Source of the DNA: Prorocentrum cordatum
Taxonomy: Eukaryota
Assembly (NCBI GenBank): GCA_963575745.1
Contig: CAUYUJ010000197.1
Span: forward strand, 62,001-116,943
Direction of reading: 5' to 3'
Length of the DNA: 54,943 bases
Under the pieces are notes generated by a model. The model did no database searches, was not told where the DNA came from, and worked only from the letters and a program-made list of their open reading frames with translations. Shown here piece by piece: positions 26,061-38,524 of the stretch; the stretch's first letter is position 1, and the number at the start of each line of letters is the position of its first letter. The position numbers and the translations under genes are program-made.

Positions 26061-26354
26061 GAGGGAGATAGAGGGGAGGAGGAGGAGGAGGAGGAGGAGG
26101 AGGAGGAGGAGGAGGAGGAGGAGGAGGAGAAGCAGGAGGTGGAGGAGGAGGAGCAGCAGCAGCAGCAGGGGGTGGAGGCGAGGGAGGGGAGGGAGGAGGA
26201 GGAGGAGGAGGAGGAGGAGGAGGAGGAGGAGGAGACGAGGAGGAGGAGGAGGAGGACGAGGAGGAGGAGCAGGAGGGGGAGAGGGCCCTCGAACTTCAAT
26301 CATCCCATTGGACCTGTCGGTTCTGGCTGGGGTCTGTCCAGCAGCCTGCGCTAG

Positions 26355-26417
26355 GGCAGCGGCGAGCCGGAATGGACCGACGAGAAGCTGGTCGAGGTGG
26401 CCGAGCTGGTCGCCAAG
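26355..26417 (+). CDS. Exon D of the kinase-like gene: GSGEPEWTDEKLVEVAELVAK
   Basis: TAG|GGC acceptor and AAG|GC donor, 63 nt, phase 0. It continues ...EPWE-G... and supplies the helix that precedes the conserved (L/A)A.(L/V)H motif. Confidence 0.65.
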
Positions 26418-26473
26418 GCGGCCGCATCTTGCCGCGAGAGCGACCACGCCAACCTCCTCGTTGTTCTTCCTCG

Positions 26474-26495
26474 TCCGTAGCCATTCCGGCTCAAG
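26474..26495 (+). other. DinoSL copy, 20/22 match (TCCGTAGCCATTCCGGCTCAAG)
   Basis: Two T-to-C changes relative to the canonical SL, preceded by a CCT/CTT-rich tract. Confidence 0.93.
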
Positions 26496-28351
26496 ATGTT
26501 TCTAGGGCCCGCCCTTCGCATGGATACCGCTGGTTCGCGGCTAGCCTTCATCGGGAGACCGCAACGGCGGGGTGTGCTCCGGTGTGTGTGTGTGTGTGTT
26601 TGTGTGATTTCGATCTGCTTTTGCACCGAACCGCCCTAAACAGATGCCCCCCAGCCGCCGGCAGCTCCCGATGGGTGCCAATAGGTGGGGCATGCGGGGG
26701 GCATCCGTTCGCGGCAGTTCGGTGCACCAGCGGATCGAACTCATGCCCCCCCCTCGCGGTCACCCCCCCTCTTGGTGGATCCCGACAAGCGCAGTCCTGA
26801 TCCCAAAGCTGTCCCACCGAAGAAGGAAAAGGGACGGACAACCCGTGGCACTATTCTTGGCATTATTGACGTTCTTCCTGGCGAAGGCGTGTCTTCTTAT
26901 GAAGACGACGGACACGAGGAGCAGTTCAAGGGCTACCGTGACGAGGCCCAGGAACACATCGCAGCCTCTGCTGGTGCCGCCGCCAAGTCTGCCATCGACC
27001 CCATCCAGCCGGACATGGACGCGCCCTTCTCGCCCTCAACCAAGCCACTGACCAAGCTGTCGCCTCCGCGACTGCCGCTATCAAGCCCTACTTCGACGCC
27101 ATGGAGCAGCGCATGCAGTCCCAGATCGACGCTGTCACCAACGGAATCGTGCTGGCCGCATGCTCCAAGGCGACCACGGCGAGCGCTGGTCGAGCCTGGT
27201 CGCCGCGAGATGGCCCTGGCCGACAAAGCACCACCACCGCCTGGAGCCTCTCACAACACCTTCAGGCGCGTGCCCGACGGTGCCATCACCAGGGTCGCCT
27301 GCCCGCTCGCCTGCAGGAGAGATGGGGTGCTGCGCCCTGTGAGTCACTGGCTTCGCGGCGCCAGCTTCAAGGAGAACTCGGAGCCCGATGGCGAAGACCA
27401 GGCCACTGTCTTCAGGACTCGCTCCAACGGCGCGGTCGCTGTGGCAGGGCGGCGCTTCGTGGAGGCGCTGTCTCGTTGTCTTCGCTCAGGCTGGATCGAA
27501 GATGGAAGCGTCACCAGCGCCAAGACGCAGCCCCCCACACCGGCCCCGACAAGAAACCGTTCCGAATCCATCGTGAGATCCACGGCAAGCGCTCGCTGAT
27601 GGCAGTGCGCGTAACCGCTTCCCTGGCAGCAAGTTCTCCCTCGACCGCGAGCACAGGTGGATCTCGGAGGCTTGGACACCATTCAGCAAGGTCACGCCGA
27701 CGACTGGCGACATGCCATCCCAGCTGATGGTCAACAGGGTGGGGCTTGCTGCTCGTGGATGGGGCCGCGCTAATGTCAAGGCCGAGATCGGCGCCACCAC
27801 AGCCTCTGACGTACATGCCGAGAGATGTCCTAAGCTTCTTCACGGGGCTCCGTGCTGCACATGCGGTCGGGCTGCCGCCGTCTGGGCACAGCTTTTCTTT
27901 AGTCCTGTTGAAAGCTTGGGCCTTTTTTTCGCTGGCGCTTCTGCAGGGCGTGCGAGAAAACCAGTTACTTGCAGCACCTCATCGGCGGAACGACCGCCAT
28001 CATCCAGGAGGTGCGCCGGGGCGCGGCGCAGCTCAAACAGTTCATCAAGCGGGCGGCCCCCTCTCTCTCGTCACTCGGCTCGTCCTGCAGCAGCAGTGCT
28101 GGGCCTCTTTTGCGGCGGCATGTCCAGGGCCGTCCCTTCCTCAGCGGCTGCTCCTCGCCGCGCGTCGGCCCGCGCCCTGGCCGCAGGCAGCGCCCTCCGC
28201 CCGGCGGCCGACGCTCCTCCCGCGCAGCCTCGACGCCACGGCGTGCACCCCCCCCTGGCGCACGACGGCGAGCGCGCCGTGTGGCGCCTCGGCTCCACGT
28301 CGGCCTGCAGCGTGCCCGCGCGGGCCCGGAACACCGTTGGCTCGTGCCCTA

Positions 28352-28524
28352 CAGTCAAAAACCCTCATAAGGACGCGCGACTTTGCTCAGGGTACCCTTG
28401 CGTCCTTGCTCTTCCTTGCTCTTGCGTCCTTGGGGTTTTCGTCATCCGCCGCCCCAAGACTCCCAACTTCGGCTTCCAAGGGTCCTGCGTCCCTACCGCG
28501 CGTCCTTATTAGGGTTTTTGACTG
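28352..28524. mobile_element. Tc1/mariner-type MITE, copy 2
   Basis: TA|CAGTCAAAAACCCTCATAAGGACGCGCG ... CGCGCGTCCTTATTAGGGTTTTTGACTG|TA; the TIR has one mismatch. Inserted in LINE-C. Confidence 0.92.
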
Positions 28525-30048
28525 TAGACGTGCGACACGTCTGGGGCTGGTCGGCGGCGCGGGCTTCTCTCCGTACTTCTGCTGGCGCGAGTGCTGCCGG
28601 CCGGGGTCCGCCCGGCCGAGGTGTGGGCCGGCCGAGAGGCGTGGCCTGGCCGCGCGCGGCTCCGGCCAAGGTTCGCCGGGCCGAGTTGTTTTGATCCGTG
28701 GCGGGGCGTCCTTGATGGCCCTGTCCGCCACCACCACCAGAAGTTGGAGGGGGGAAGGAGGATGAGGAGGAGGACGAGGAGGAGGAGGATGAGGAGGAGG
28801 ACCCCCTCTCCATCCCACTTATGATGGTGGTGGCGGTGGAAAGCAAGCCTACCAGTCCTGGTTTGCCCATAGGCCCACCAAGGCATGTTCTAAGAACCTT
28901 TTTGTGGTCTGGACGAAAGGTTCTTACAGCACCTCTGGCTGAGACTGTTCTGTTTTGAGACATCGGGCTTGCGTTATAAGGACATTGCTTTATTTTGTTA
29001 TTACAACATCTTTGGGTTCTGAAAACACGTCGTGGTAGGCCTATAGGAATGCTGGGACGGTCGGTCCCTGCTCAAGTTTGTCCTGGCCGGATGTAGTTGC
29101 CAGGGCCCATCTCCACTTGTCACGGCCAGGATCCCCTTGTGACGCAAGGATAGCAAAGACAAGCATGTTGTTGATCTTCGTCAGCGAAGCGCAATTTACC
29201 AACGAATAGACGTATCTTGTGGCTGCCACGTTTCCCCCGGGTCGTCCCCCATTGGGGCGCCCGGGCGCTCATCTGGACAGCCTACAGCAAAAAGGCAGCA
29301 AGGTAGCGTGTGGGTGGAGATATCTCGTGGGCCGCCCCCCCCACACAAGAGGAGTTGGTATTTCTTCCGCGGCGGAAGGCGGCGGAAGGTTGGCGGAAGG
29401 TCGGCGGAAGTAAAAAGAGGCCGCTTCCGTCGGTAGAAGCCGGCGGAAGGGCGTCGGAAGGCGGCGGAAGTAAAAGATGCGCCCCCAAGAGATGGAATCG
29501 TTTTTGTGTTCAGGGTTTCCGAAAACACCCCTATCGTGTGAGTGTTTTTCTCGTTTTGGGATATTTCTGTGCGCCGACGGATACCGAGCGGCACCGTCGC
29601 CGGCGCCCCCCCGTCAAGGGGTGCCGAGGCTGCCAGAACCCTCGCTTTCGCCCACGATGGTCTGAGTGCCGCCGCGAAAGAGCTCCAGCACCTCCTCCTC
29701 CTCCTCCTCTTCCTCCTCCTCCCTCCTCCTCCTCCTCCTCCTCCTCCTCCTCCCTCCTCCTCCTCCTCCTCCTCCTCCTCCTCCTCCTCCTCCTCCTCCT
29801 CCTCCTCGTTTCCCTCCTCCTCCTCCCCGTCGCCGTCCTCCTCTCCTCTCTCCTCCTCCTCTCCTCCTCCTCCCCTTCCTCCTCCCCCCTCCTTTCTTTT
29901 CCTCCTCCCCCCCTTTTTGTTCCTCTTCCTCCTCCTCCTCCTTCCCGTCCTCCTCCTCCTCCTCCTCCTCCTCCTCCGCTCCCCCTCTCTCCTCCTTCTC
30001 CTCCTTCTCCTCCTCCTCCTCCGCCTCGTCCTCCTCTCGTCCTCCCCC

Positions 30049-30064
30049 TCCGTAGCCATTTTGG
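30049..30064 (+). other. DinoSL 5' 16 nt, perfect (TCCGTAGCCATTTTGG)
   Basis: Exact match to SL nt 1-16 at the end of a 360-bp (CCT)n tract; the last 6 nt diverge (AGGATCAGG). Confidence 0.9.
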
Positions 30065-33000
30065 AGGATCAGGCAGCGGGAGGCCCACGCGCGGCGGCGC
30101 GCGCTCGCGCTGGTGCGCGCGCCTGTTGCCCATGACGGACCCCGAGCCCGACGGCAAGCGGCGCTGGGCTGCGGCGTCGGCGCGCACGCTGGCCAGGCGG
30201 CGCCGACGCGAATGGCGCGCCGCTGTCGGCGAGTCGCGGGCGCTGGCCATCAGCAGGAGGGTTGACATTCTCAGCAGGTCGCTTGGGGCCCACTGGGCCC
30301 TAGGCGACGCGCTGGGCGGCCACGAGGCCTCGATCATGGCTGCGGTGGGAGCGGCCAAGCTTATCGGCCTGGACGAGCTCGCGGCGCTGGCCGAGGAGCT
30401 CGGCAGCTCGGCCAACTGGGCTCGGCATGCTGCGCCGCCTGGCCTGGCGCGGCTCCGCAAGGTTCCCTCGGGGATCGTGGCGACGAAGCTGGAGAAGTTC
30501 CACGCCCGACTCCATTCCTCCAAGTTCGTGGTGGTCACCTCGCTGATGGCGGAGGCGCGCCCCTCGCAGTGCGACGACGGGGACGAGCTGGAGTTGGAAC
30601 GGCAACATGAGCAGGTCGTTCAGCCGGCGCCGTCGTCCACCAGCGGCAGCGCCGGCGAGGGCTTGGAGGTGGCAGTTACGGATTCCGAGGTTGACGAGGG
30701 CGTCGCCCCCAGCTGCCCTGACTTCCAGCACGTGCGCGGCAATGAGCAGGAATACGAGGATCTGACGATGCGCCCCGACGTGGTCGAAGCCGTGGTGGAT
30801 GGTGACCCCAGGGGCGAGGACATCGGCCTGCTGGATGCCGTGCTGGATGTGCCCGCTGGCGGCCCGAGCATCGGGACTAGCCCCGCTGGCGAGAGTCTGA
30901 AGGAGGAGCCGTGGTGCGTGTTCGACGTCACGGACGTGGAGCCGATGGGCCCTGCAGTGCTCGCGCCCGTGCGCGCGGTGGTGCGCGCCGTCCCGCGGGC
31001 AGCCCCTGGCGTTCCGCCGAGGGGCTTGGTCGAGCAGTGGGGCCACGTCGGCATGAATGCGGAGCCAGCTGGCAGCCCGTGCGATCGTTGGGCAGCCCTG
31101 GCTGGCGAGGAGCCCCGACGAGAAGTCGATTGGTGTGAGATGCAGCGGCGGTCTGCGAGCGGCGCGAGGCGCAGGTGTGTTGGCAGCGGTGTCGCCGCTC
31201 AGCCGCTCCCTGAGTGGCATCCCGTTCGTCGCGATGCTGCTGGGCGCGTGCTTCGTGGTCGACGTCGCGGCTGGGCGGGGGAGGAGCTCCCACAGGCTCG
31301 TGTCCTGAGGGCCTCCCCGAGGCCAGACGACGCAAAGTTGTTGCTCCGCTTGAGTCCTGCTTGAGTCCTCTCGTCCTCCCCCTTCCCGTCCTGCTCCCCC
31401 TCATCCCCCCCCTCTCCTCCTCCTCCTCCTCCTCCTTGTCCTCCTCCTCCTCCTCCTCCTCCTCCTCCTCCTCATCCTCCTCATCCTCCGAGCCTCGCTT
31501 GATTAGGCAGTCTAGCCCTGAAGCTAAGATGCATTGCGTCAGCATTTTAGGCAGCATCGAGCAGCAGTGCACTTTGCCTGTTCAGCAGCTGCTCTTGCTC
31601 ACTGCCCTCATTCCCAAGCCCGATGGGGGTAAGAGGCCGATCGCGCTGCTCAGTGCTCGGTACACGTTGCTCTTAAGAACCCGCAAGCCCTTTTTATGTC
31701 GGATTGGGACCGCAGAACCCACGAACCTTCGGACCAGACTGTGGGTGGCTTTACCAGTGTCGCTGGATGGCTTGACGAGCTCGACACATAACGTTCCCTG
31801 TTATGCGGGTTTCAGGTAGGAGAGATTATCTTAGACACGACGAAGTACTCTGACCAGGTCAGTCTGCAAGACTTGATTGCCGCGGCTGCCGAATTGAATT
31901 GCCCGCTCCGACTTCACGCTTTCGCCATCGACATCGACCTTGGAGTTAGGCGCCGTTCTTTCGACGAGGCGGTTCACCCTGGAATCCTGGCCCATGGAGG
32001 TATGTTGGCTGGTTGTGGGCAGACCACCTCTCTTGCGAGTGCCCACCCCCATGGGCCTTCGAAAAGTGCAGCCGGCTCGGTAGGTGGCCTTAGGCTACGG
32101 GGGTGTGCGGAGGATGTTTCTGTTCATTTGTTCGGCACGCATATTTCGATCGCCGTCACCTTCCCTGCCCTGTTCAGAGCCCTGCTCACTGGCCTCAGGA
32201 GGCGTCGCTGCCAGCTCTCTCTTTCTCTCTCGTTTTCCCTTGTTTGTTTTCTCTCCCTCTCTCTCTCTCTCTCTCCCCCCTTCTCTCTCTCTCTCTTTCT
32301 TCCCCCTTGAAAAATCGCATCTCCTTTCGTCCTCGCCTGGCCTTTGGGCCGCGTTAGCCAGTACCGCTCCCAGGGAACGTTGCGATTTCTCGGTCCCCCT
32401 GGCGGCGAGGGACCTGGGACACGACACAGCTGTGGGTGCTCAGACGTCTGTGGCCATCAGTAGGGCTCGTTCCTCTAAAAGAGGGACCTTGACCAGTAAG
32501 ATGTTCGGCTTTGGGCGCACTTGCAGGGTAGCCCGTCAATTGTTTTACCTCAGTGCCCATGCTAAGGCGATGTGGGCTCCCGAGGTTCATGAAGTTCCCC
32601 CGTCTATGCTTGAAAAGGGCTGCGCAGCATGGCGCGAACAGCCAGTAAGACCTCTCAGCGGGGAGTTTGTGCTACTACGGCCATCCGCCTCACATTCGGC
32701 CTATGCCAGGACCCGCTTCAGGTTTATTGTCAAGGCGCGGTTCTCCCGCATTGCTGGGCACACTGGGTTTCAGGCTCGTCTCGTCAGGCACGAGGAGCCT
32801 ACGCTGGCGAGGGTCCGCAAGGGTTTGGCCTGGGCTCCTGGGTTCGAAGGCCGATGGCAGCTTTCCAGGCCAGAGTTTTGGCGGTTGGCTGGGGTTGCCC
32901 CTCCCTTTGTTGTCTTGGTCCCGCCACCGCCCCCCTGCGAGGAGTGGCAGATGATCTCGGATGGGCGTGGAGTGGACCGCTCCAGCGGTGCAACGCTGCG

Positions 33001-34890
33001 GAGCACGTCGATGGTGGAGGGATCGAGGGGCCTGTTCGTCTGCACCACGTTTGGGAGTTTTTTTTTGCGTCGCTCGAGTAGGATGGCCGACCATATTTGG
33101 TTTCCATAATTCGGCTCCTTGCTTCGGGAGGTTCTTGGACCGAGGAGCGGCGCTACTTGGCCCAGCTATCCCCTGATCCCATATGTCGTAGGTGCCAACG
33201 CGGCCCCGAGAGTTCCGGGCATCGGTTTCGGAGTTGCATGTGTACACGTTGCTCATTTCCAATTATTCGAGAGTTCTTTGGTTTTTTGGGGGCCAAGATC
33301 CTTTCATTTCTACTTGTGCTATCCTGGGCCTCTTCCTGGCCGCGAGGATGCCCGGAACAATTAGAAACGAGCACAGTTAGAAACGACCACGATTAGAGAT
33401 GAACGACGTGTAGTGCTGCCTCGGTTGCTCCAGACCTTTCTGAAGCCCAGCATCCGCGCCGTGCGGCGTTTTCGAGAGCTGGGCCCGTATACCTTCGTTG
33501 CTGGATCCGTGGGCTTTGTTCCCCTGTCCTGGCTCAGGAGGAGGAGGAGGAAAAGGAGGAGGAGGAGGAGGAGGGCGAGGAGGAGGAGGAGGAGGATCTC
33601 CCTCCCCCGCCCGCTTCCAGGAGTATCCAGGGGCGGCGTTGTCCTGGACCTCCCGTCCCTGGATTCCTGCCAGGGGGGCTATGCGCCACCGGTGTCACGG
33701 GTGGTCCGGTTGCCAATTCCTCGTGCTTCGTCGTGCCGCCTTGGCTTTGGTCCGACTCTGCCATGGCGAGGATTTCGATTGGGATTGCGGTGTCACGGGC
33801 ATAGTCGACTCGGCTCGTCAAACGGTGCTCCGTGCGGAATTGGCTGCCGTGGTCGAGTGCGTTCGGTATGTTGACCCGCCCCAGGGCCTACAGGTGGTCA
33901 CCGGCAACACCAAAACAGTCAAAGCTTTCCTTGCGGTTTCGACCTGTGGTGGGAGTTTTGGGGTCCGCTGGCGGCTCGCGCTGGTGCATTTTGGACTTCT
34001 CACATTCCCGTCCACCTCCGGGAGGCCTCCCAAAAGCTCGCCCGTTTTGGCGACTCTGTGGATTGGGGCCATGTTGTGCTTAACCCGGTCGCCGGCGAGT
34101 TGGCCCAAATTCGGTCGATCGAGTGCCAGGTCCCCCTTGATGTTGTGCGGCGTAATAACGATTCAGTTTCCTCCGCCTGCCTCGTCCTCAAGCGTAATGC
34201 AACGGTTTGTCTTGCATGTGCTGCACTGCGCGCAGAACCCACTCGGCGCCCGACCAAGCAGACCATCGACCGTGTGCTTCGCAGGCGTCGGCGGATCTAG
34301 TCTGATGTCAGGGGGTCGTCGCACGTTTGGGGACTCGACTTCGATGTCTGGTCCTGTGGGGTGTGCAAGGCCTCGGTCTGCGATGCGGCCCCCTCCCTTC
34401 ATGCGCGCCCGTGCTCTAGTTGCCCTGCTTCTGGAGGTGGAGGTTCGGCGGCGTCGGGGGAGGAGGCGGAGGTTTCGAGAAAGCGATGGGTCAGGCCCGG
34501 GCGCCAGCTACCTCCAAGGGACGACTCCCTATGGAGGAGGTTGGCCCTTGACCCGCCGCCTGAGCGTGTCCCGCCCTGGGTGGCCGGGAAGCCCGTCCAC
34601 CCCATCCCACATGCTTTTGTGGCGGAACAGCTCATTTACAGCTTGCGGTGGATGCGGATCGTTGGCCATAGCTCGCCCAGATACCCTGCGGGAGCTCTGC
34701 CCTGCCGCCGTTTTGGGGCCGCACGCTACCACCGAGCACAGGCTCGAGGTCGTGCAACGTCTGCGCAAAGGACTCCCGCCCTCCAAGACCTCTCGCTCCT
34801 GGTTGCACTAATTGTCTTGGCCTGCCCGTCAACCCCTGCAGTAGTGCATTCTGGAGTTTGGCTGGCGGCGGTGCGCAGTACCAAAAAAAA
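30049..34890 (+). mobile_element. LINE-D: SL-headed, poly(A)-tailed decayed non-LTR retrotransposon with RT and RNase H; endonuclease region apparently missing
   Basis: ORF1-like region 30132-31360; RT motifs LIPKPDGGKRPIALL (~31610), LDTTKYSDQV, GMLAGCG, GCAEDV (degenerate YxDD), ARDLGHD; RNase H RQTVLRAELAA (~33820); Cys motifs CGVCK and CGGCG (34350-34660); A8 tail at 34883-34890 followed by CTCCTCC. Confidence 0.88.
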
Positions 34891-37800
34891 CTCCTCCAAT
34901 CCTGCTCCTCGACGTCCTTTTCCTCCTCCTCCTCCTCCTCTTTCCTCCTGTTCCTCCTCCTTCCTCCTCCTTCTCCTTTTCCTCCTCCTCCTCCTCCTCC
35001 TCCTCCTCCCCCCATCTTCTTCTGCCTGCTCCTCCGCGTTCCTCCTCCGCGTGCGGGTGCTCCTCGCCTCCTCTGTTCCTCCCCCCTCCCTTTTCCTCCT
35101 CTGATGCTCATCCTCGTTCTTCCTTCGCTGTCTCCCTTGGCCGCCCTCCTGCTCTCTCCTCCTGCTCATCCTCCCCCTCGTTTTCCCCCTCCTACTCCAG
35201 GTTTGTTTCGAAGTTGGCCCAGGCCTCCTCACCCGCATCCTCACCCGCATCACCCGTATCCTGCTCACCCGCATCCTGCTCCCTCACCCGCATCCTGCTC
35301 CCTCCTCACCCGCATCCTGCTCCCTCCTCTTCCTCCTCCTCCTCTTTCCCATCCTCCTCGTCTCCGCCTTCTTCCTTCTCCTCCGTTTTCGCTGCTCTTC
35401 TTCGCCCTTCTCTCCTCTTTCCTTCTTCTCCTTCTTCTGCCCTTCATCACTCTCTCACTGTACTTCTTTATGTTTCTCTCTCTCTCTCTCTATTATTACT
35501 ATTATTCTTCGTAGTCTCTCTCTCTCTCTCACTGTCTCTCTCCCCTCTATCTCTTGATATGTCCCCTTTGTTTGATATACACATGTGTATATATATATAT
35601 ATATACAAATGTAAATGCCCCTTTCTTCGTTGAGTTTGTTTTGTTGTCCTTCTCCCTCGATCCAACTATATATATATATACCCCTCTCGCTCCTTAGTTG
35701 TTGGGTCCGTTATCTTTTTTTTCTCTCTCTCTCTCTCTCTTTCTCGTTCGCTCTTTTTTTGTTCTCTCTCTCTCTCTCTTGTTATCCCTCCTTCTCGTTA
35801 TCTCTCTGGCGGCCAGCGCCACGTTATCTATCTCAAAACCTGCCTCATTCCCTCTCTCTCTATCTCTCCCGTCCTCATTTCCCTTCCCCTTCCCCCTCCC
35901 CGCCCTTGTTCCTGGTGTCGCTGGCCTTCGGGGGCTGTTCTCGCCGCCACGGCCAAAAGGCAGCGGCAGACAGACCCGCCAGGTCGGGCCAGGGACCGGC
36001 TTCGCGAGCGAAGCTTCGCCCTGACCGCATCCAGGACGGTTTTGTAGTCTCTCTCTCTCCACTGTGGATCGCGACTGGGCGAAGCATGACGAGCTGGACT
36101 GGGTGGTTCACGAAGCAGCACGAAGCACGAGCGCGCAGCCCCAGCTCACGAGAAGGAAGAGACGGATCCGAGGACACGCTCCAGAAACAAAAAAAACAAG
36201 AAACAAGGAAACGCCTTCGGCCCATCCTCGGCCCTCGGAGGAAGCCCGTGGAAGGGCGGAGGAAGCCAGCGGAAGTGAACTGGCGGCGCGGCGGCTCCGC
36301 CGGCGGCAGGCTGGGGGAAGGAGGGCTTGGGGGGGCGCGCAGCGGGGGGGCGATCGAGGGAGGCGGCAGCGAGGGCCGCAGGGAAGGGCTCCCCTTTGAG
36401 GGCCCCGGAAGGGGGTCTTCTAGGGCCCCAGAGGGGGGGGCCTTTCGGGCTTCGGGCCCGAAAAAGGCCCCGTTACCCCTCCCCCCTCCCCCCCCCCCTT
36501 CATGTGTCGCCTCCCATGAATTCGCGCCCAGGCAGCCGAGGGTAGAAGCGACACGGCATCACCTTGGGGGGTACGGCTGCGACGGGCGAGAGGGGGGCTC
36601 TTGGGGTGCTCGCCTGCGTTCTTCCGGGGCCTTTCGGCGTGCCGAGCGTGCCGCGGCGGTGGCCTCGTGTGGCGCTCGCGCTCCTCTATTGTTCTTCTCC
36701 ATATTTCTCGTATAATTCTTACTATTATGTTCCTTCTTCTTGTGATTCGTATTCTTAATTTGTCTTACTATCCTTATTACTATCACTACTACTATTATTA
36801 TTACTACTATTAATATTATTATTGTTCTTACTATTATGATTATTATTCTTATTATTTTGATTTTCTCTCCTGTCGGCCGTTATTGGCAGTCTTCTTCCTC
36901 CACTTCCCCCCTCTTCCTTTCCTGCCGTGTTCCTCCTGCTCTCGCTCTTCTGTCCTCTTCCCCCCCATTCCTTCCCCACTATCCCTCGGCTCCCTCCGAT
37001 TCATTCTGGACGTGCGGGCTCCCTAGTTGGCACAGGCGCGCTCCCCAGCGGAGCCCGCACGACTCCGGCGTTTGTGCGCTCCGCCTCTGCTTTGCTATGT
37101 GTTCTCTTCCTCGTCCTCTTCCTCGTCCTCTTCCTCGTGATGCGCACTCCTCCACTCGGCAGTCCCTGGTTTTTCCGGCCCCGCCGTGCTTGGGCCGAGC
37201 CGCCTGGGTGGACAGTCGAGGAGGTCCTCGTCCTTGAGAGAGAGTCTTCGGGCCAGGTGCCCCCCCGTGAGCGGGGCCCCCTCTGAGCGGCGACGCCGCA
37301 CGCCGCCGAGTTTGCCGCGCCTCTCTCTGAGCGTGGCTCCCTCGTCTCGTCGGCGGAGCCATTCGTGCCCCGCTCTTCCCCGAAATCCGCTGGCATCACG
37401 TTTTGCAGCCCGCAGCCCCCAGAGACCCCGACCGCTTCCCCTGGGGGCAGTCCTCCGTGCCGGATCAGTTTTTTGGCGGCCCCGGGGCCTGGCAGCGGCC
37501 CCCGAGGGCCGAGCTCGCGGACAGAGCTCCGAGCGCGAGCGCGAGCACGAAGCCATACGCCGTCCGGCGCGTGGGCGGGAGAGTCGGCGTTCGAGCTTTC
37601 ACAGCCAGTGCGCCTGCTAAAGGGGCCGGGAGGAGGAGGAGGAGGAGGAGGAGGAGGAGGAGGAGAACGCTCCAGCCCAGACGCTCAAGTTGTTCGCCCA
37701 CCGTGCCCAACGTAAAAAGGAGGAGGAGGAGGAGGAGGGCCAGGCGTAACCTGTTGGCCTCATGGCCTGAGTCGGCATCCGCCCTCTTTTTTCCGCACGA

Positions 37801-37911
37801 GCGCTGCAGCCACGACGCGCAAGCTCGCCCAGCACAGAGGGAGGAGGCGGAACCAGGACAGGGCTGGTGACGACGCCTCCTCGCAGATCTGGGTCTCTCT
37901 CTCTCTCTCTA

Positions 37912-38104
37912 CGGGGCGTGAAAACGACCACAGCCACTGCTTTCCTTTTGCTGCCGCCTTCTAGCCCGCAGAAACAAAGCAGTGGTTGTGGTCATTTTCG
38001 TTGAGCTTGGCACCAGGGAAATGACCACAACCACTGCTTCTTTTTCGGCCGACTGGAAGGCGGCGCAAACAAGAAGCAGTGGCTGTGGTCATTTTCCCGT
38101 CCCG
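37912..38104. mobile_element. Double-hairpin (dumbbell) palindromic element in a (CT)n tract
   Basis: Four copies of AAAYGACCACARCCACTGCT in alternating orientation; the whole element is also an inverted repeat. TA on the left flank, CA on the right. Confidence 0.85.
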
Positions 38105-38524
38105 CACTCTCTCTCTCTCTGCCCAGGGATACGCGGGCGGCCCTGCCGGGTCGGGCCCCCCTCCCCAGACGTCCAGCGTGCCGGTGTGTTCGAGGCACGG
38201 GCCCCCGACCTTTCTCGACCACGCCCCCGGGGGCGGCTGCTCGCCCCGAGCCCTTCTGTTGACGGCCCCGACAGGCCTGGTATAGAAGGGCCACGGGAGG
38301 CCGCAGACGATGGAGCACCGCCGTGTGGATTTTGTTAAGCCAGGACGCTTCGGGAACGCCCCGGAGGCCTCCAGATGGGGTCGGAGTATGGTCAACGCAC
38401 CGAGTAAGGATGCAGGCTGGTATCCAGGGTGCCCTTCTGTCCTGGCCTCTGCGGCCCGTCTTTTGTCTTTTTCGTTGACCCGCCGCCCAAATAATTCCAG
38501 CTTCGGGCCGACCAAAACTATATA

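Larger units (their letters stand above)
26474..28740 (+). mobile_element. LINE-C: SL-headed 5' part of a third non-LTR element (ORF1-like region plus start of an APE endonuclease), 3' truncated
   Basis: Frameshifted ORF1-like segments at 26700-27800 (coiled coil, FRRVPDG.., GPDKKP..REIHGKR) are followed by YLQHLIGGTTAIIQEV at ~27970-28015, resembling the APE LQE motif. No RT seen. Confidence 0.5.

Noticed and set aside
28850..29300. AT-richer complex segment as a coding region
   Set aside because: Short frames interrupted by stops with no recognisable domain; probably a decayed element.
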